DNA of 63,748 nt, filler included, from Octopus bimaculoides (lineage: Eukaryota): the NCBI RefSeq assembly GCF_001194135.2. It is 6 parts of 5 records of this genome, joined end to end, with 100 filler letters (N's around TTAATTAATTAA, not from the genome) between each part and the next. Parts side by side here need not be neighbours in the genome. Positions count along the whole stretch, not along the records: positions 61,676 to 63,748 come from NC_068984.1; 5 more parts are not named here. One strand, given 5' to 3'. A program made the position numbers and the translations under genes. Below are positions 63,664 through 63,748 of the stretch, piece after piece. A model generated the notes under the pieces. The model saw only the letters and a list, made by a program, of their open reading frames with translations. It ran no database searches and had not been told where the DNA came from. The first letter of the stretch is position 1, and every line of letters begins with the position of its first letter.

Positions 63664-63748
<85 letters not shown>

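Overview
Repeat-dominated eukaryotic intronic/intergenic DNA from a gapped draft assembly. It is most likely an octopus (inferred from the tRNA-derived SINE families, (GAT)n-tailed RTE LINEs and extreme microsatellite density). Host genes, all on +: (i) a ~2.65-kb uninterrupted terminal exon (36336-38986) encoding ~850 aa of tandem beta-propeller-like units, broken only by an N gap; (ii) two splice-compatible exons (50474-50686, 55126-55195) encoding part of a polybromo (PBRM1)-type bromodomain. The rest is a nested transposon landscape: Penelope-like, RTE, L1/Tx1 and CRE-like retroelements, two mariner fragments, a DD37D-like fragment, hAT and piggyBac-like non-autonomous elements and many SINEs. 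Notable structures: a SINE-derived satellite with a 128-bp higher-order repeat, degenerate minimal hammerhead-like motifs, a 45-bp near-perfect hairpin and a pre-miRNA-like hairpin. Most ORF-track entries are artefacts of microsatellites or N gaps. All family assignments come from motif recognition by eye, not database searches; repeat boundaries are approximate.
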